DNA of 58,594 bases, taken from IMG/VR virus record IMGVR_UViG_3300025520_000140, positions 1-58,594 of that record; one strand, 5' to 3'. Within the stretch, counting starts at the first letter, position 1, and each line of letters starts with the position of its first letter. The position numbers and the translations under genes were made by a program. The notes under the pieces were generated by a model that had not been told where the DNA came from, ran no database searches, and saw only the letters and a program-made list of their open reading frames with translations. The stretch is from a virus. Its lineage: Duplodnaviria; Caudoviricetes. Below, one piece after another: positions 9,745 through 19,337 of the stretch.

Positions 9745-11208
9745 TTACTCAAGGACCAGGGAAACAAACTGCGTTTCGCTGCTGCCGTCCTCGTAATGGA
9801 TAACCACCTCAACCCCGACCCTGCCGTTTGGCCCCAGCTGGATATTTTCCAGGGCCGCGCGCAGGCTTAACACATAGCTGTCCCGGTGGGCGGGATGCAC
9901 GGTCTGCGTCAGCGTCTTGGATACGCCCAGCGCACCCACAGCTTTAAAAGACGCGCCGCCTGAATAGCCCTTTGTGCCGTCCACCGTCCAGCCATCGTTT
10001 ATCCAGTAAGCGGTACCGCTCTCCGCCCGGGAGTTTAAAAGAAGGTTAAAGACGGAGAGCTGCTCGATGTCTTTTTTGTCCACCATATCAGCCGTATCAA
10101 ACAAGGCCACGGAGTGCTTAACCTGGCTGAGCGTCTCCGAGAGGTCTTTGCGGACGGCGGCCAGCTCGATTTCGCTCCGCCAGGGCTCCTCCACAAAATA
10201 GCGCATGCGCACGACCCTTGTCTTGACGTGTATGCCGGAGCCCTCGTCGTAAACCGTCACCACGTCCCCCAGGCTGACCTTTTCCCCCTCATAACCCGGC
10301 AGGGCGGAGAGGTCGACAATACCGCACTCATAGCTTACCTGCGCCTGGCTGACGGCGGAAAGAAACGCCTGGGCATATTCTTTCAGCTGGTTGGGGTCGG
10401 TGAATTCCTCTGCGACAAGGACTGCGGAAGGAGGGGGATCGTAGCCGCTCTCCACCTCTAAATAGGGGATGCCGCTGTTCACCGTGGCGATAGTCAGGCC
10501 GCCCCTGCCCCGGGGATAAACCCTGGTCGCCTGTTCGATTACGTTTCTTTCCTCCTGGGCCCGGCGCAGGTTTTTCCCCCTTAAAAAGAAAACGTTGCGT
10601 TCTTCCCCCGCGGCGTCCCGGAGGGACACCGTCTTTTGCTTTGTCTGGAAACCCAGCTCCACTTGAAAGATGCGCTCCATCTCCCGCAGCGCTTCCAGGC
10701 GGTTGCAGCCGCCCCGGAAAACGAAGGGCCGTACGGAGGAGGGGGTAGCATTCCCCGCCTGCCAGCCTGTGCCTGATAAGAGGTAGGCAAGCACATCCGC
10801 CGCTGCGGCGTTTTCCCATTCCCGCGCGGGCGCGTCCGGAGCTTTCAGCAAATCGTACCACAGCGCCCAGGCTTCAACCTGCCAGTACCTGGCCCCCGAG
10901 TCGTCCTCCTCGTTGGCAAGCACCATCGCCCGGTAAACGCTCCCTGCCAGGTCAAGCATCATGCCGGTCTCCAAAGCTTCCACGCCGGGCTTTACCGGCA
11001 GCTTGAACTCCAGCCGGTCTTCGCTGCCCAGGGTCTGGTGCACGATGATCTCATAAGCGTCGTGCAGGAGGGCGACCGGCTCAAGCTGCTTGTTGACGAC
11101 GACAGGCACGGCGAAGCCCAGCCGGTCATACCAGGGAACCGGGTGCCAGGGGAGAAGGATGCGGTTGTAAAGATGCCCTGTGTTATACCGCCTGCCGCTG
11201 TTATACAC
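9745..11208 (-). CDS. Tail spike/Tal-like minor structural protein with C-terminal carbohydrate-binding-like segment
   Basis: GKNL...ATRVYPRGRGGLTI..VNSG.PYL and VSY...IVDL...LGDVVTV motifs; position after Dit. Confidence 0.8.
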   Translation of the reverse strand: MYNSGRRYNTGHLYNRILLPWHPVPWYDRLGFAVPVVVNKQLEPVALLHDAYEIIVHQTLGSEDRLEFKLPVKPGVEALETGMMLDLAGSVYRAMVLANEEDDSGARYWQVEAWALWYDLLKAPDAPAREWENAAAADVLAYLLSGTGWQAGNATPSSVRPFVFRGGCNRLEALREMERIFQVELGFQTKQKTVSLRDAAGEERNVFFLRGKNLRRAQEERNVIEQATRVYPRGRGGLTIATVNSGIPYLEVESGYDPPPSAVLVAEEFTDPNQLKEYAQAFLSAVSQAQVSYECGIVDLSALPGYEGEKVSLGDVVTVYDEGSGIHVKTRVVRMRYFVEEPWRSEIELAAVRKDLSETLSQVKHSVALFDTADMVDKKDIEQLSVFNLLLNSRAESGTAYWINDGWTVDGTKGYSGGASFKAVGALGVSKTLTQTVHPAHRDSYVLSLRAALENIQLGPNGRVGVEVVIHYEDGSSETQFVSLVLE

Positions 11209-11210
11209 TG

Positions 11211-12191
11211 CTACGCCCTCCTTAGGAAAACAGCGGGCCTGGCCCCGGTGATCTGCGCCGCGCCTAATGGGAAGGCGGCGGGAAAGCCGTCAGCGTAGAC
11301 CCTGGCCAGCCGGTAGCCGGTAATCCAGGCCGCCCCCAAATCCTCGCTGCCCAGCGCCAGCATGCCCGTGCTGGCCAGGCCCTGCAGGCTCGGCGTAGCG
11401 TCTTGCAGTCGCGCCAGCCAATAAAGGCCGGGCATAAGCGTTAAATTCGCCTCCAGCCACCTGATGCCCGTCGTGCCTGTGGTCACTACCCCGGCGTCAA
11501 GGATCAGCGCGCCCGGATAGACCGCGCCGCTGTCGGCGTATACCCCGAGCCGCGCGTTGCCCGCGGCGGCGGTAGTGACGTTGACGGCGACGCGGTCGAA
11601 AGACTGGGCGGCCGGCACATAAAACGGCAGCAGGTCGATGTTGTTGGCCGAAGTGGTCAAGGGAGCCATACCGGCGGCGGTGATACCGGCGTGGTATAGC
11701 CCGAGCCGCCGGTAACGCAGATAATCCAGCGCGTCCAGCCGCAGCTTGTCGCCCGCCGTCATAAACCCAGCCGTTTCAGCCGTCGCGGAGGCGTGGGCTG
11801 TGCCGCCCGCGCCCACGTGGCCGCTAAAGGGCGAGGTAGAGTGCACATAAGAAAAATCCGCAGCGATAGTGACGCCGGGGGGTTGCTGCTCATGAAAGAC
11901 GACCATCCCCTGGGCGGCGTACAGAATATATTCCCCCGCGGGAACGGTTTCGCCGCTTCGCCTGATCACAGGCGCGGGGCTTTCCAGCCAGTTGCGCATA
12001 TCCCCTTCATAAATCCGCCGGTGCAGGGCTTCCTCCGGCTGGTCTTCCACGGGGGAAAGCGTATGGTTCTCAATACTGGCTACATCCATCTCCAACACTG
12101 TTTCCAGTTTGTTGACCGCGTCCTGCAGCCCGGAGATATCCGCCCCGTAGATCTCTCTGCTTGCTACTCTTTTAAATGGCGTCTTAGCCAC
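11211..12191 (-). CDS. Minor tail/baseplate or fibre-like protein
   Basis: Between Dit and tail spike; AGFMTAGDKLRLD fibre-like motif. Confidence 0.6.
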   Translation of the reverse strand: MAKTPFKRVASREIYGADISGLQDAVNKLETVLEMDVASIENHTLSPVEDQPEEALHRRIYEGDMRNWLESPAPVIRRSGETVPAGEYILYAAQGMVVFHEQQPPGVTIAADFSYVHSTSPFSGHVGAGGTAHASATAETAGFMTAGDKLRLDALDYLRYRRLGLYHAGITAAGMAPLTTSANNIDLLPFYVPAAQSFDRVAVNVTTAAAGNARLGVYADSGAVYPGALILDAGVVTTGTTGIRWLEANLTLMPGLYWLARLQDATPSLQGLASTGMLALGSEDLGAAWITGYRLARVYADGFPAAFPLGAAQITGARPAVFLRRA

Positions 12192-12203
12192 GGTATCCCT
12201 CCT

Positions 12204-12965
12204 TTACAGCCAGCGGTTGCGGCAGCTTATCTCTAAGTTTGACCAGGAAGCGCCACCTGCCGCGACCACTTGAATGGTGTTGGCCCCCGGCGTGAGCTGG
12301 GGAAAGCTTGGCCGCTCCAGCAGGTGCAAGGCTTTTTCCCTGGCTTCCCCCCTCACGAGAGCGGCCGTTTTATGCCGGCAATCAACCTCCAGCCGCTCCC
12401 CCGCGGAGAGCGCTCCCCGGTAGGTGAACTGCTCCTCATTGACTCTGACCGTCAGAAACTGGCTGCCGCCGCCCGATATGCCCCGCAGCAAAAAGAGAGG
12501 GTCTGACGGCGCCGTCCCCCTTTGGTAGTGGGTGTAGGGGCTTGTCGTTATGAGCAACTCATCCGGCGCGAGGTCGTAGGCGAAGGGGTCGTCGCAGACC
12601 ATCCGCAGCGTAATCAGCCCCTGGCTTGCCGTCACCTGGATTTGCAGATCCGCATCCGTCCAGGTGGCCAGATAATATCTGTCCGGCCAGTCGTCAAAGA
12701 CCAGCCGCTGCGCTCCCCGCATCGGGTTTAACCAGGAGCGCAGCCGGTCCAGCTGCTGATGGAGCTCCCCATATGACGCGATTTTAAGCCAGCAGTCCAG
12801 GCTAAGCACGCGAGCTTCAAAGTCGGGCGGCATCCTGAAGACGCCATGCCTGCCCGGCATGACGATCACCTTTTCCCGCGCCCCTGGGAAAAGGGAGAGA
12901 GGGGAGCGCAGGAGATAGACGGAGTAGTTGCCGCAGTGTTCCCCGGCAAACGAGAAATGCCCCAT
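12204..12965 (-). CDS. Distal tail protein (Dit)
   Basis: MPGRHG, LVFDDWPDRYY, CDDPFAY, FPQLTPGANTI, RNRWL; follows tape measure gene. Confidence 0.85.
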   Translation of the reverse strand: MGHFSFAGEHCGNYSVYLLRSPLSLFPGAREKVIVMPGRHGVFRMPPDFEARVLSLDCWLKIASYGELHQQLDRLRSWLNPMRGAQRLVFDDWPDRYYLATWTDADLQIQVTASQGLITLRMVCDDPFAYDLAPDELLITTSPYTHYQRGTAPSDPLFLLRGISGGGSQFLTVRVNEEQFTYRGALSAGERLEVDCRHKTAALVRGEAREKALHLLERPSFPQLTPGANTIQVVAAGGASWSNLEISCRNRWL

Positions 12966-15022
12966 TACAATCTCCCCCTCCCCCGGTTGGCGGCCTCGAT
13001 ATAACGGTACAGCCTACGGCTAATCTCCTCGATATCCGTTTCCGCGCGCACGGTCATATTCTCCACCACCACCAGCGGGCCGCCCTGGCCGTATGCTCCC
13101 GCCGCTACCGGCTGCGCTGGCGGCTCCGGCGGCAATGTCAACGCGGGAAGGCTTACTTCCAGCAGGCTGCCAAGCATCCGTTCCGCCTTGGGGATAGCGT
13201 TTTTGATGCTTTCGATCAGCGGGCCGCTGAAATCCAACTTGTCCAAATCCTTCAGCGGACCCTCTTTAGCCGGGGAAAAGGGCAGGAAAGACCTGACCCG
13301 GGCCACGACGCCTTTGACGCTGTCGACGACCCTGGCGGCGGCGCTGGCGATGCCGCTGGCGATACTGGCGATCAGGCTGCGCCCGGCGTCAAAAAAGCTC
13401 TTGCCCAGGCCCGTGACTATGGAGAGCGCCTGGTTCATGGCGCTTCGGATATTGCCCGCCAAAGCGCCCAGCGCCCGCGTGATGCCGCCTGTCAGGCTCT
13501 CGGCCAAGCGCACCCCGCTTGCCACAAGGCCGCTGATCCAGTTTCTGATGTTGTCAAAAGCGCTTTTAATCCCGGCGGCCATATTGGCGGCCGCGTCCTT
13601 AATGCTGTCCCATACGGCGATCACCGCGTTGCGGAAACCCTCGTTGGTCTTCCACAGATGGATAATGATGGCCACCAGCGCCGCTATGGCCACGATCACA
13701 AGCCCGATGGGGTTGGCCGCCATCACCGCGTTCAGGACCTTTTGCGCCACCGCCGCTACTTTCTGCGCCGCGGTCAGGGCATGGGTCTTAAGCGCGGCCA
13801 GGTTCTTGGCGTCGGCCAGCCATTTCACCGCTTTGACCGCGGAGCTGACGCCGTTTGCGAGTGTGCCCACCAGCGTCAAGAGCGGCCCGATGGCGGCGGC
13901 GATGCCAAGAAATGAGAGGATCAGCTTCTGCGAGCCGCCGCTTAAGTTCGCAAACCAGTCCACTAAAGCGGTGAGCCTGCCGATCAGCCCTTCAATGGCG
14001 GGCATGGCGGAGTTGACGGCCTGCATCAAAGAAGTCCCCAGCGGCTCCAGGGCCACGGCCGCCTTGTTCCGCATCACGGCAAGCTGCTCCGCGAAGTCCA
14101 TCGTCTCAAAGGCCGCGCCGTTAATCGTTTCCCCGCTGGCTTTTAAGGTTGTTACCAGCTCTGAGAGCTCAAAGCGGCCTTCTCTGATGGCCGCCGCCAT
14201 GTCCGGGCCGATGCGGGCGCCGAACATCTCCAGAGCGATGGCGTTGGCCTCGCCGGTGGAGCCTGCTTCCTTGATCCTTTTGGTGACTTCTTCCAGCGCC
14301 GCCTTGGTGTCCGTAATGCCCGCTTTGGCCATTTTGCCCAGCGCGATGCGCAGGCCGCCCAGGACAAGCTCGGTGTTGACCCCTTCTTTTTCAAACTTCC
14401 CCAGCATGGCCGCCGCCGTTTCCAGGTCAAAGCCCATCTGCCGCAGGGGCGCGCCAAACTGCACCAGCTTGGCGTTAAGATCGTTAAAGCCGATGCCGGT
14501 GCTCTGGGATACCTTGAAAAGGTAGTCCATAGTTCCCGCGGTATCGTCCGCCGCTATGCTCCAGTCGCCGAACAGGCGGGAGGAGCCGGCGATCATGCCG
14601 GAGAGCTCCTCGCCGGTGATGCGGGAGAGGTTGAGCATCTGCGTGGACAGCTCCCGCAGCGGTTTCCCGGCGAGGCCCGTCCTGGTGTTCAGATCGGCGA
14701 TGGCGCTGCTCACCTCGGCCATCCCCGCGGGAACAGTGGAGTAAACCGCCCGGAAATCGTCCTGCAATCCTGCCAGGGCCTCGCCGGTAGCGCCGGTGCC
14801 GACGCGAATCTTGTCGAAAGCGTCGTCAAAATCCGTTCCCAGCTTTAAGATTCCCGCCGTCGCGGCCGCGATGGGAAGGGTCAGCCCTGTTGTGAGCGTC
14901 CCGCCGATGGAGGTGAGGGTTTCGCCCGCCTTATCCAGGGTTTTGGACGCCTCGTTTAAGCTTTTTTGCAGCTCGGAGATATCCGCGCCGATTTTCACGA
15001 CTACATTGCGCAGTACCGCCAT
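12965..15022 (-). CDS. Tape measure protein
   Basis: Ala-rich helical 685 aa; LTTGLTLPI, ANPIGLVI...NEGFRN, LPFSPAKEGPL. Confidence 0.92.
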   Translation of the reverse strand: MAVLRNVVVKIGADISELQKSLNEASKTLDKAGETLTSIGGTLTTGLTLPIAAATAGILKLGTDFDDAFDKIRVGTGATGEALAGLQDDFRAVYSTVPAGMAEVSSAIADLNTRTGLAGKPLRELSTQMLNLSRITGEELSGMIAGSSRLFGDWSIAADDTAGTMDYLFKVSQSTGIGFNDLNAKLVQFGAPLRQMGFDLETAAAMLGKFEKEGVNTELVLGGLRIALGKMAKAGITDTKAALEEVTKRIKEAGSTGEANAIALEMFGARIGPDMAAAIREGRFELSELVTTLKASGETINGAAFETMDFAEQLAVMRNKAAVALEPLGTSLMQAVNSAMPAIEGLIGRLTALVDWFANLSGGSQKLILSFLGIAAAIGPLLTLVGTLANGVSSAVKAVKWLADAKNLAALKTHALTAAQKVAAVAQKVLNAVMAANPIGLVIVAIAALVAIIIHLWKTNEGFRNAVIAVWDSIKDAAANMAAGIKSAFDNIRNWISGLVASGVRLAESLTGGITRALGALAGNIRSAMNQALSIVTGLGKSFFDAGRSLIASIASGIASAAARVVDSVKGVVARVRSFLPFSPAKEGPLKDLDKLDFSGPLIESIKNAIPKAERMLGSLLEVSLPALTLPPEPPAQPVAAGAYGQGGPLVVVENMTVRAETDIEEISRRLYRYIEAANRGRGRL

Positions 15023-15026
15023 CCCA

Positions 15027-15296
15027 TCACCTCCATTTCGCCGGGACTTTGAGCCCCTTGCTCCGCGCGATTTTCATCAGCTGTTCCGTGGAAAGGCGGC
15101 TTGGCGCGGCCTTTTTTCTCCCGCTTTCTTTGAGCATTTTCTTCAGGCTAGGTAGCCGCTTCTGCCTGGCGAAGGCTTCGATGTGCCAGGCCAGGTAGAT
15201 GAGCTCTTGCCTTCGCTCCGCTTTTTCCTCGGCGTAGCCCTCAAAGAAAAGCCCCAGCTCAAAGGGGGTCAGCTCCCAGACTTGAGCCGGGTGCAT
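15027..15296 (-). CDS. Tail assembly chaperone frameshift extension (gpT-like)
   Basis: WELTP.E motif; frame is open back to the slippery site at 15374-15368. Confidence 0.75.
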   Translation of the reverse strand: MHPAQVWELTPFELGLFFEGYAEEKAERRQELIYLAWHIEAFARQKRLPSLKKMLKESGRKKAAPSRLSTEQLMKIARSKGLKVPAKWR

Positions 15297-15337
15297 TTTG
15301 AGTCTCTTTACGGCGGCGGAGAACAGCTCAGCAAAGC

Positions 15338-15658
15338 CTATTTCCCGGCTGCCTCCACCGCCTGCGGGTTTCCCGGCTGCGCGCCGAAGGCCAGCGTCAT
15401 CGCTTCGCCCAGTTTCCCGGCCACCGTGGTAATGTCGCTGTACTCGTCAATTAAGTCCGCGCACTTTTCCGGGGTCAGCTCTTTGTCCTCATGAAAAAGA
15501 CCGGCGTAGACAATTGTCCGCAGGTCTTTCACAGAGATGTTATCAAGATCTAGCTTTGTCAGGTTCTTGCCCGTCAGCTCCTCGATTTTAATCAACGCGT
15601 TCATGCCGTAGCGGAGCGTCCTCGGTTTGTCCAGCTCTATGGTGACGCCTGGTTTCAT
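15338..15658 (-). CDS. Tail assembly chaperone (gpG-like)
   Basis: Between tail tube and tape measure genes; RTLRYGMNALIKIEE; ends near G GGA AAC. Confidence 0.8.
   Translation of the reverse strand: MKPGVTIELDKPRTLRYGMNALIKIEELTGKNLTKLDLDNISVKDLRTIVYAGLFHEDKELTPEKCADLIDEYSDITTVAGKLGEAMTLAFGAQPGNPQAVEAAGK
15368..15374 (-). other. -1 programmed frameshift slippery site G GGA AAC
   Basis: X XXY YYZ heptamer in the correct phase; the -1 frame reads without stops into MHPAQVW. Confidence 0.8.
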
Positions 15659-15662
15659 GTCC

Positions 15663-16277
15663 TCAGTCCTCCCTGTAATACAGATTGCCGCTGCCCTCAA
15701 ACTCAATGCCCTCGCTTACCACATCGTCGGCGGCCAATTCAATGCTGTCGCCCGCGATGAGCGCGTAGCCCTCATAGCGTTTTTTGCCTGGCCCTGCATC
15801 TAAATACAGAGCCACGATGATTTCCTGGCCGAGCCTTTCCGACAAGCGCCCGTCCGCCCAGTAGCTCTCCGCGGAGGCCGTAAAGCCCTTTACGGCGGGC
15901 AGGTGTTCCTTCCAGCCGTCGCTCGCAAAGGTGGTTACCTCCGCCGTGTCCGCCGCCAGCTCGGCGCTCCAGTTGAAGAAGCCGCCCGCCTGATCAACTT
16001 TTACGCTTTTGCCGCTGACCGTCACCGCGTCTCCTTCAAGTAGTGGCGCTAAAAAGCGTATCACGCCGCCCAAATGTTCTACGGTAAATCCGCCGCTGAC
16101 CACCATATCGTTGACGTACACCACAACGGGCGCGTTTTTGTCCAGATACCTTAAGGTCTCATTCTCAATGGTATAGGCCGTCCTCTGCGGGTTGCCCAAG
16201 GTGTTCTCCTTCGTAAAGGCCACCGGCTCAGCTTCCGTCTGCAGGAATACCGCGCCTACTTTGCCAGCTAAAGGCAT
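15663..16277 (-). CDS. Tail tube-like protein (second paralog with insertion)
   Basis: NWSAELAADTAEVT...GWKEHL...FTASAE aligns with the adjacent tube protein. Confidence 0.7.
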   Translation of the reverse strand: MPLAGKVGAVFLQTEAEPVAFTKENTLGNPQRTAYTIENETLRYLDKNAPVVVYVNDMVVSGGFTVEHLGGVIRFLAPLLEGDAVTVSGKSVKVDQAGGFFNWSAELAADTAEVTTFASDGWKEHLPAVKGFTASAESYWADGRLSERLGQEIIVALYLDAGPGKKRYEGYALIAGDSIELAADDVVSEGIEFEGSGNLYYRED

Positions 16278-16291
16278 GATTTTTCACCGCC

Positions 16292-16675
16292 TTAGTTGTA
16301 TTCCAGCGCGCCGGTGCCCTGGAACTCAAAGGAGATACTGACCGTATCGTCCACCGGGTCCTCCACGGACAGGCCGGAGATATGGGCGCTGCCGGAATAA
16401 TAGTTTGTGGCGTTGACATAGAGCCTGAGCGAGACTTCCGCGCCGTTTAAGTACGCCTCCTGCAGCGCCCTCTGGCCGGTGGCGTCCGTATGCACCGAGT
16501 AGAAGCCTTCGGCCGACGCCGACCATTCCTTTAAGCCGGCGATGAATTTCTTCCAGTCGTCGCCGAGGGCCGTTACGTCAAGCGTATCCGCGCCCAGCTC
16601 CAACGACCAGCTGCTGATATCCATAACGGCGCTTGCGCCCAGCCCCAGTTTGCCGCTTTTACCTGCTATGGCCAT
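16292..16675 (-). CDS. Major tail tube protein
   Basis: SWSLELGADTLDVT...WKKFIAGLKEWSAS, ISFEFQGTGAL. Confidence 0.85.
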   Translation of the reverse strand: MAIAGKSGKLGLGASAVMDISSWSLELGADTLDVTALGDDWKKFIAGLKEWSASAEGFYSVHTDATGQRALQEAYLNGAEVSLRLYVNATNYYSGSAHISGLSVEDPVDDTVSISFEFQGTGALEYN

Positions 16676-16678
16676 GGT

Positions 16679-17056
16679 TTAACCCTCCTCAAACTGAAAT
16701 TCAAATTCTAATGATACGGAATAAAGCCCCGTATCCTGTTCATAGTCGGGCACTTCATCCAGGAGCAAGACAGCGCCGATGGTCAGGCCGTTCATCGCTC
16801 CGGAGAAGTTCTGCAGCGCCCCTTGGATGGTCTTAGCCGTCTCTATCGCCTGTCTATATGACTTGGCAAAGCAGCTAAACTGCAGCCGCTGCTTTACAAA
16901 GCCGGTGTCCGCTGTCAGGCTGTGCAGCCGCTCCACCGAGACGGGGAAGTAGGCCACGGCCGGAAGATCGCGCTTTTGCGGCAAGAGGAACGGGTAGAGC
17001 GCGCCCTTTAGTTTTGGCTGCAGATAGCCGCTGACCGCTTCCTCCAGTCTCATCAT
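16679..17056 (-). CDS. Tail terminator (DUF3168-like)
   Basis: YP..LP....LPAV.Y pattern; syntenic position. Confidence 0.75.
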   Translation of the reverse strand: MMRLEEAVSGYLQPKLKGALYPFLLPQKRDLPAVAYFPVSVERLHSLTADTGFVKQRLQFSCFAKSYRQAIETAKTIQGALQNFSGAMNGLTIGAVLLLDEVPDYEQDTGLYSVSLEFEFQFEEG

Positions 17057-17460
17057 CTCACCCTCCCGATGGCTTTTAACAGCTCGTCGTTTACCGCCTT
17101 GGCGACGCTGCTCTTGTTCTCGTCAATAGCCGGGCGGAGAAAGGGCTGGGCCTTCATTTTAGATGTCCCCAGCTCCACCGGGGCGAAATGATCCGCCCCT
17201 TTTCCCCTGGTCACCACATGCTCGCTTTTGATATGGGGCTTGCGCACCTTGCTTTTTTTGAGCGTTAAGCTGTCCCGCAAAAGCCCGGTATCCACCGGCG
17301 CTTTTTGTTTGGCTGCTGCCAGCACAATTTCGGCCCCGGCCCCTGAGGCTTTGTCCAGCGCGTCTGCCGCCGCGTCGCCCAGCTGCTCCACGAGCTTTAT
17401 GACCTCGTCCAAGCCCTCGATATGCGTTTTTAGCTTCTTTACCCGCAGCCGCTTAGCCAT
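17053..17460 (-). CDS. HK97-gp10 family tail completion protein
   Basis: APVDTGLLRDS, VELGTSKMKAQPFLRPA. Confidence 0.9.
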   Translation of the reverse strand: MAKRLRVKKLKTHIEGLDEVIKLVEQLGDAAADALDKASGAGAEIVLAAAKQKAPVDTGLLRDSLTLKKSKVRKPHIKSEHVVTRGKGADHFAPVELGTSKMKAQPFLRPAIDENKSSVAKAVNDELLKAIGRVR

Positions 17461-17785
17461 CCGGGACACTCTCCTTGCACATGAGATTCAGCTCGACGCC
17501 GCGCTCCTCAAAATTCAGCGCGGAGATAATCTCAAAAATACGCGCGCCAAAGACGACGCGCATTTTCGGCGTGATCCCGCTGCGATAGCGCATGGTGATC
17601 TTTGTGGAAACCTCGGCGTTGGTTTGGGCGGAAGCGAAGTACTCCTTGCCGGAAACGGGTGTAATGCTGGCCCAGACCGTGGCCACGTCCGTCCACGCGG
17701 GTTCCTCCGCGCCAAAGCTGTCTCTGCCGGCGGTATATGCCTGAATCCTGACCCGGTGCCGCAGTTTCCCGATCTTCATCACCAC
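17453..17785 (-). CDS. Head closure (stopper) protein
   Basis: GKLRHRV.IQ...DSFG, VWASI.P.SGKE, ITMRYR.GI...MRV. Confidence 0.88.
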   Translation of the reverse strand: MVMKIGKLRHRVRIQAYTAGRDSFGAEEPAWTDVATVWASITPVSGKEYFASAQTNAEVSTKITMRYRSGITPKMRVVFGARIFEIISALNFEERGVELNLMCKESVPDG

Positions 17786-18057
17786 TCCGCCTTTCGGTAG
17801 GAGAAGAGCAGGGCTTTGAGCACCTGGGTCAGCTCGTCATGTTTCAAGTCGTTTCGCTCCTCAAAAAGCTTGGCCACGGCGTAGTAAATAGCGTGCTTGA
17901 CCGGCTCGGGCGCGCTTCCCGCAAACTCGCTCAGAGGGAAGCGGAGGACGCCTTCCACCAGTTCCTCTGCCGCTTCGATCAGGCTTTCGATGAGCGCGTC
18001 CTCCGCCTCACCGTCAACTCTCAGCCACGCTTTTGTATCATGAAGTGTGACCGCCAT
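17779..18057 (-). CDS. Head-tail connector (gp6-like)
   Basis: KAWLRVD...EDALI.SLI.AA. Confidence 0.88.
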   Translation of the reverse strand: MAVTLHDTKAWLRVDGEAEDALIESLIEAAEELVEGVLRFPLSEFAGSAPEPVKHAIYYAVAKLFEERNDLKHDELTQVLKALLFSYRKAEW

Positions 18058-18076
18058 CGCGCCCGCCCCCCTTTCC

Positions 18077-18111
18077 AAAACTGGGCAGGCAGCCGTTTAG
18101 GGCTGCCTGCC
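18077..18111 (-). terminator. Terminator/hairpin after the major capsid gene
   Basis: 11-bp stem GGCAGGCAGCC/GGCTGCCTGCC followed by CAGTTTT on the minus strand. Confidence 0.7.
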
Positions 18112-18122
18112 GTAAGATAAAA

Positions 18123-19316
18123 CTACGCCTTTTGCTGCAATATCTTGATGGCCTCCGGCAGCACTAGCTTGCCGTCCACCCGCTGGGTGGCGATGAAGCC
18201 TACCTGCCCGGTGGGGGCGAACAGCTCGCTTAGCCGCTTGAACACCCGGCCCTGGCGGTCAGCCACCCAGTAGTAGCCGAAGTCGCCGAATACCACGGTC
18301 TTGGCACCCGCCTCGATTACCGGCACAAAGGCCGAGGTGTACAAGGGGCGGTTGAGGATGGTGTCGGGTGTTGCTTCCTTGATGGACGGCTGCCATAGAT
18401 ACTGGCCGGTGCTGTCTTTGAGCTTGCGGATGGCCTTGACCGTGGCGTCGTTCATGACAAAGACGGCTTTTTTGCGGTAAGGGGACTTGAGGCTGTAGAA
18501 CAGGTCCAGTATTTCGTCTAAGGTGATGGCTGCCGCGGCGGCCGTGGTCGCGCCAACCTGCCCGCCGCCAGTGGCGGCAAGGATGCCGGTGGGTTTCCCT
18601 AGGCCGTCGCCCACAAAGAAGGCTTCCTCCTCCTTGGCTCCTATGCGGCGGGCGAACTCCCTGGCGATGTAGTTCTCCAGATTGAAGACGCTGTCGTTTA
18701 ACAGCTCCTCGCTGACCTTAATCATGGTGGCCAGCTTGAAAGCGCCGATGGACACCTGCCCGAAGCTGTCGTCGCTTTCGGGGATCTGCCCTTCCTCATC
18801 CACCCAGGAGGCGGTGCCTTTGCTTGCCACCACGGGGATCTTGCGGTCGCCACTGGAGGTGGTAATGACATTGGCCAGCTGCCGGAAGATGTTTTCTTCC
18901 TCAAGCGACTTCACCAAGGTGCGCTCAAACTCGTCGGGTACCAGGTAGCCGCCCTCGGTATCCTCGCCGACTTGCAGCGCGTTTTGGATATCGGCGGTGC
19001 GCTTGCCGCGCATGGCGTTCCAGAAGGCCCGCTTGTACTCGGCCGCGGCCCGGCCGCTCTTGCTCTCGCCGTGGGCAGACGGCTTGTTGGTGATGGGGTT
19101 ATTGGTCGGGTGGGAAAGCTCCGCGTCAAGGGCGGCCTGACGCTCCAGCCGCTCGATTTCCCTGCCCAGCGCCACCACGTCGCCCTCCATCTTTTCGTAG
19201 GCGGCGGTATCTTCCGCGGACAAAAGCCCGTCGCCGCCCCGCTTGCTGTCAAGGTAGGCCTTTGCCGCTTCCCATGCCTTGGCGCGCTTTTCGCGCAGTT
19301 CCAGGATTTTGCTCAT
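18123..19316 (-). CDS. HK97-fold major capsid protein
   Basis: GGYLVPDEF, ASWVDE, KLKDSTGQYLWQP; N-terminal coiled-coil delta domain. Confidence 0.95.
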   Translation of the reverse strand: MSKILELREKRAKAWEAAKAYLDSKRGGDGLLSAEDTAAYEKMEGDVVALGREIERLERQAALDAELSHPTNNPITNKPSAHGESKSGRAAAEYKRAFWNAMRGKRTADIQNALQVGEDTEGGYLVPDEFERTLVKSLEEENIFRQLANVITTSSGDRKIPVVASKGTASWVDEEGQIPESDDSFGQVSIGAFKLATMIKVSEELLNDSVFNLENYIAREFARRIGAKEEEAFFVGDGLGKPTGILAATGGGQVGATTAAAAAITLDEILDLFYSLKSPYRKKAVFVMNDATVKAIRKLKDSTGQYLWQPSIKEATPDTILNRPLYTSAFVPVIEAGAKTVVFGDFGYYWVADRQGRVFKRLSELFAPTGQVGFIATQRVDGKLVLPEAIKILQQKA

Positions 19317-19337
19317 TGTGTTTGTCCTCCTTAAAAT

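Noticed and set aside
6401-12191. Diversity-generating retroelement or invertible tail cassette
   Set aside because: No reverse transcriptase, no template/variable repeat pair and no inverted tail segments seen.
13188-14525. Long plus-strand ORFs opposite phage genes (also 3113-4090, 20045-20845, 23801-24535, 35487-36290)
   Set aside because: Antisense shadows of well-supported GC-rich minus-strand genes, with no motifs.
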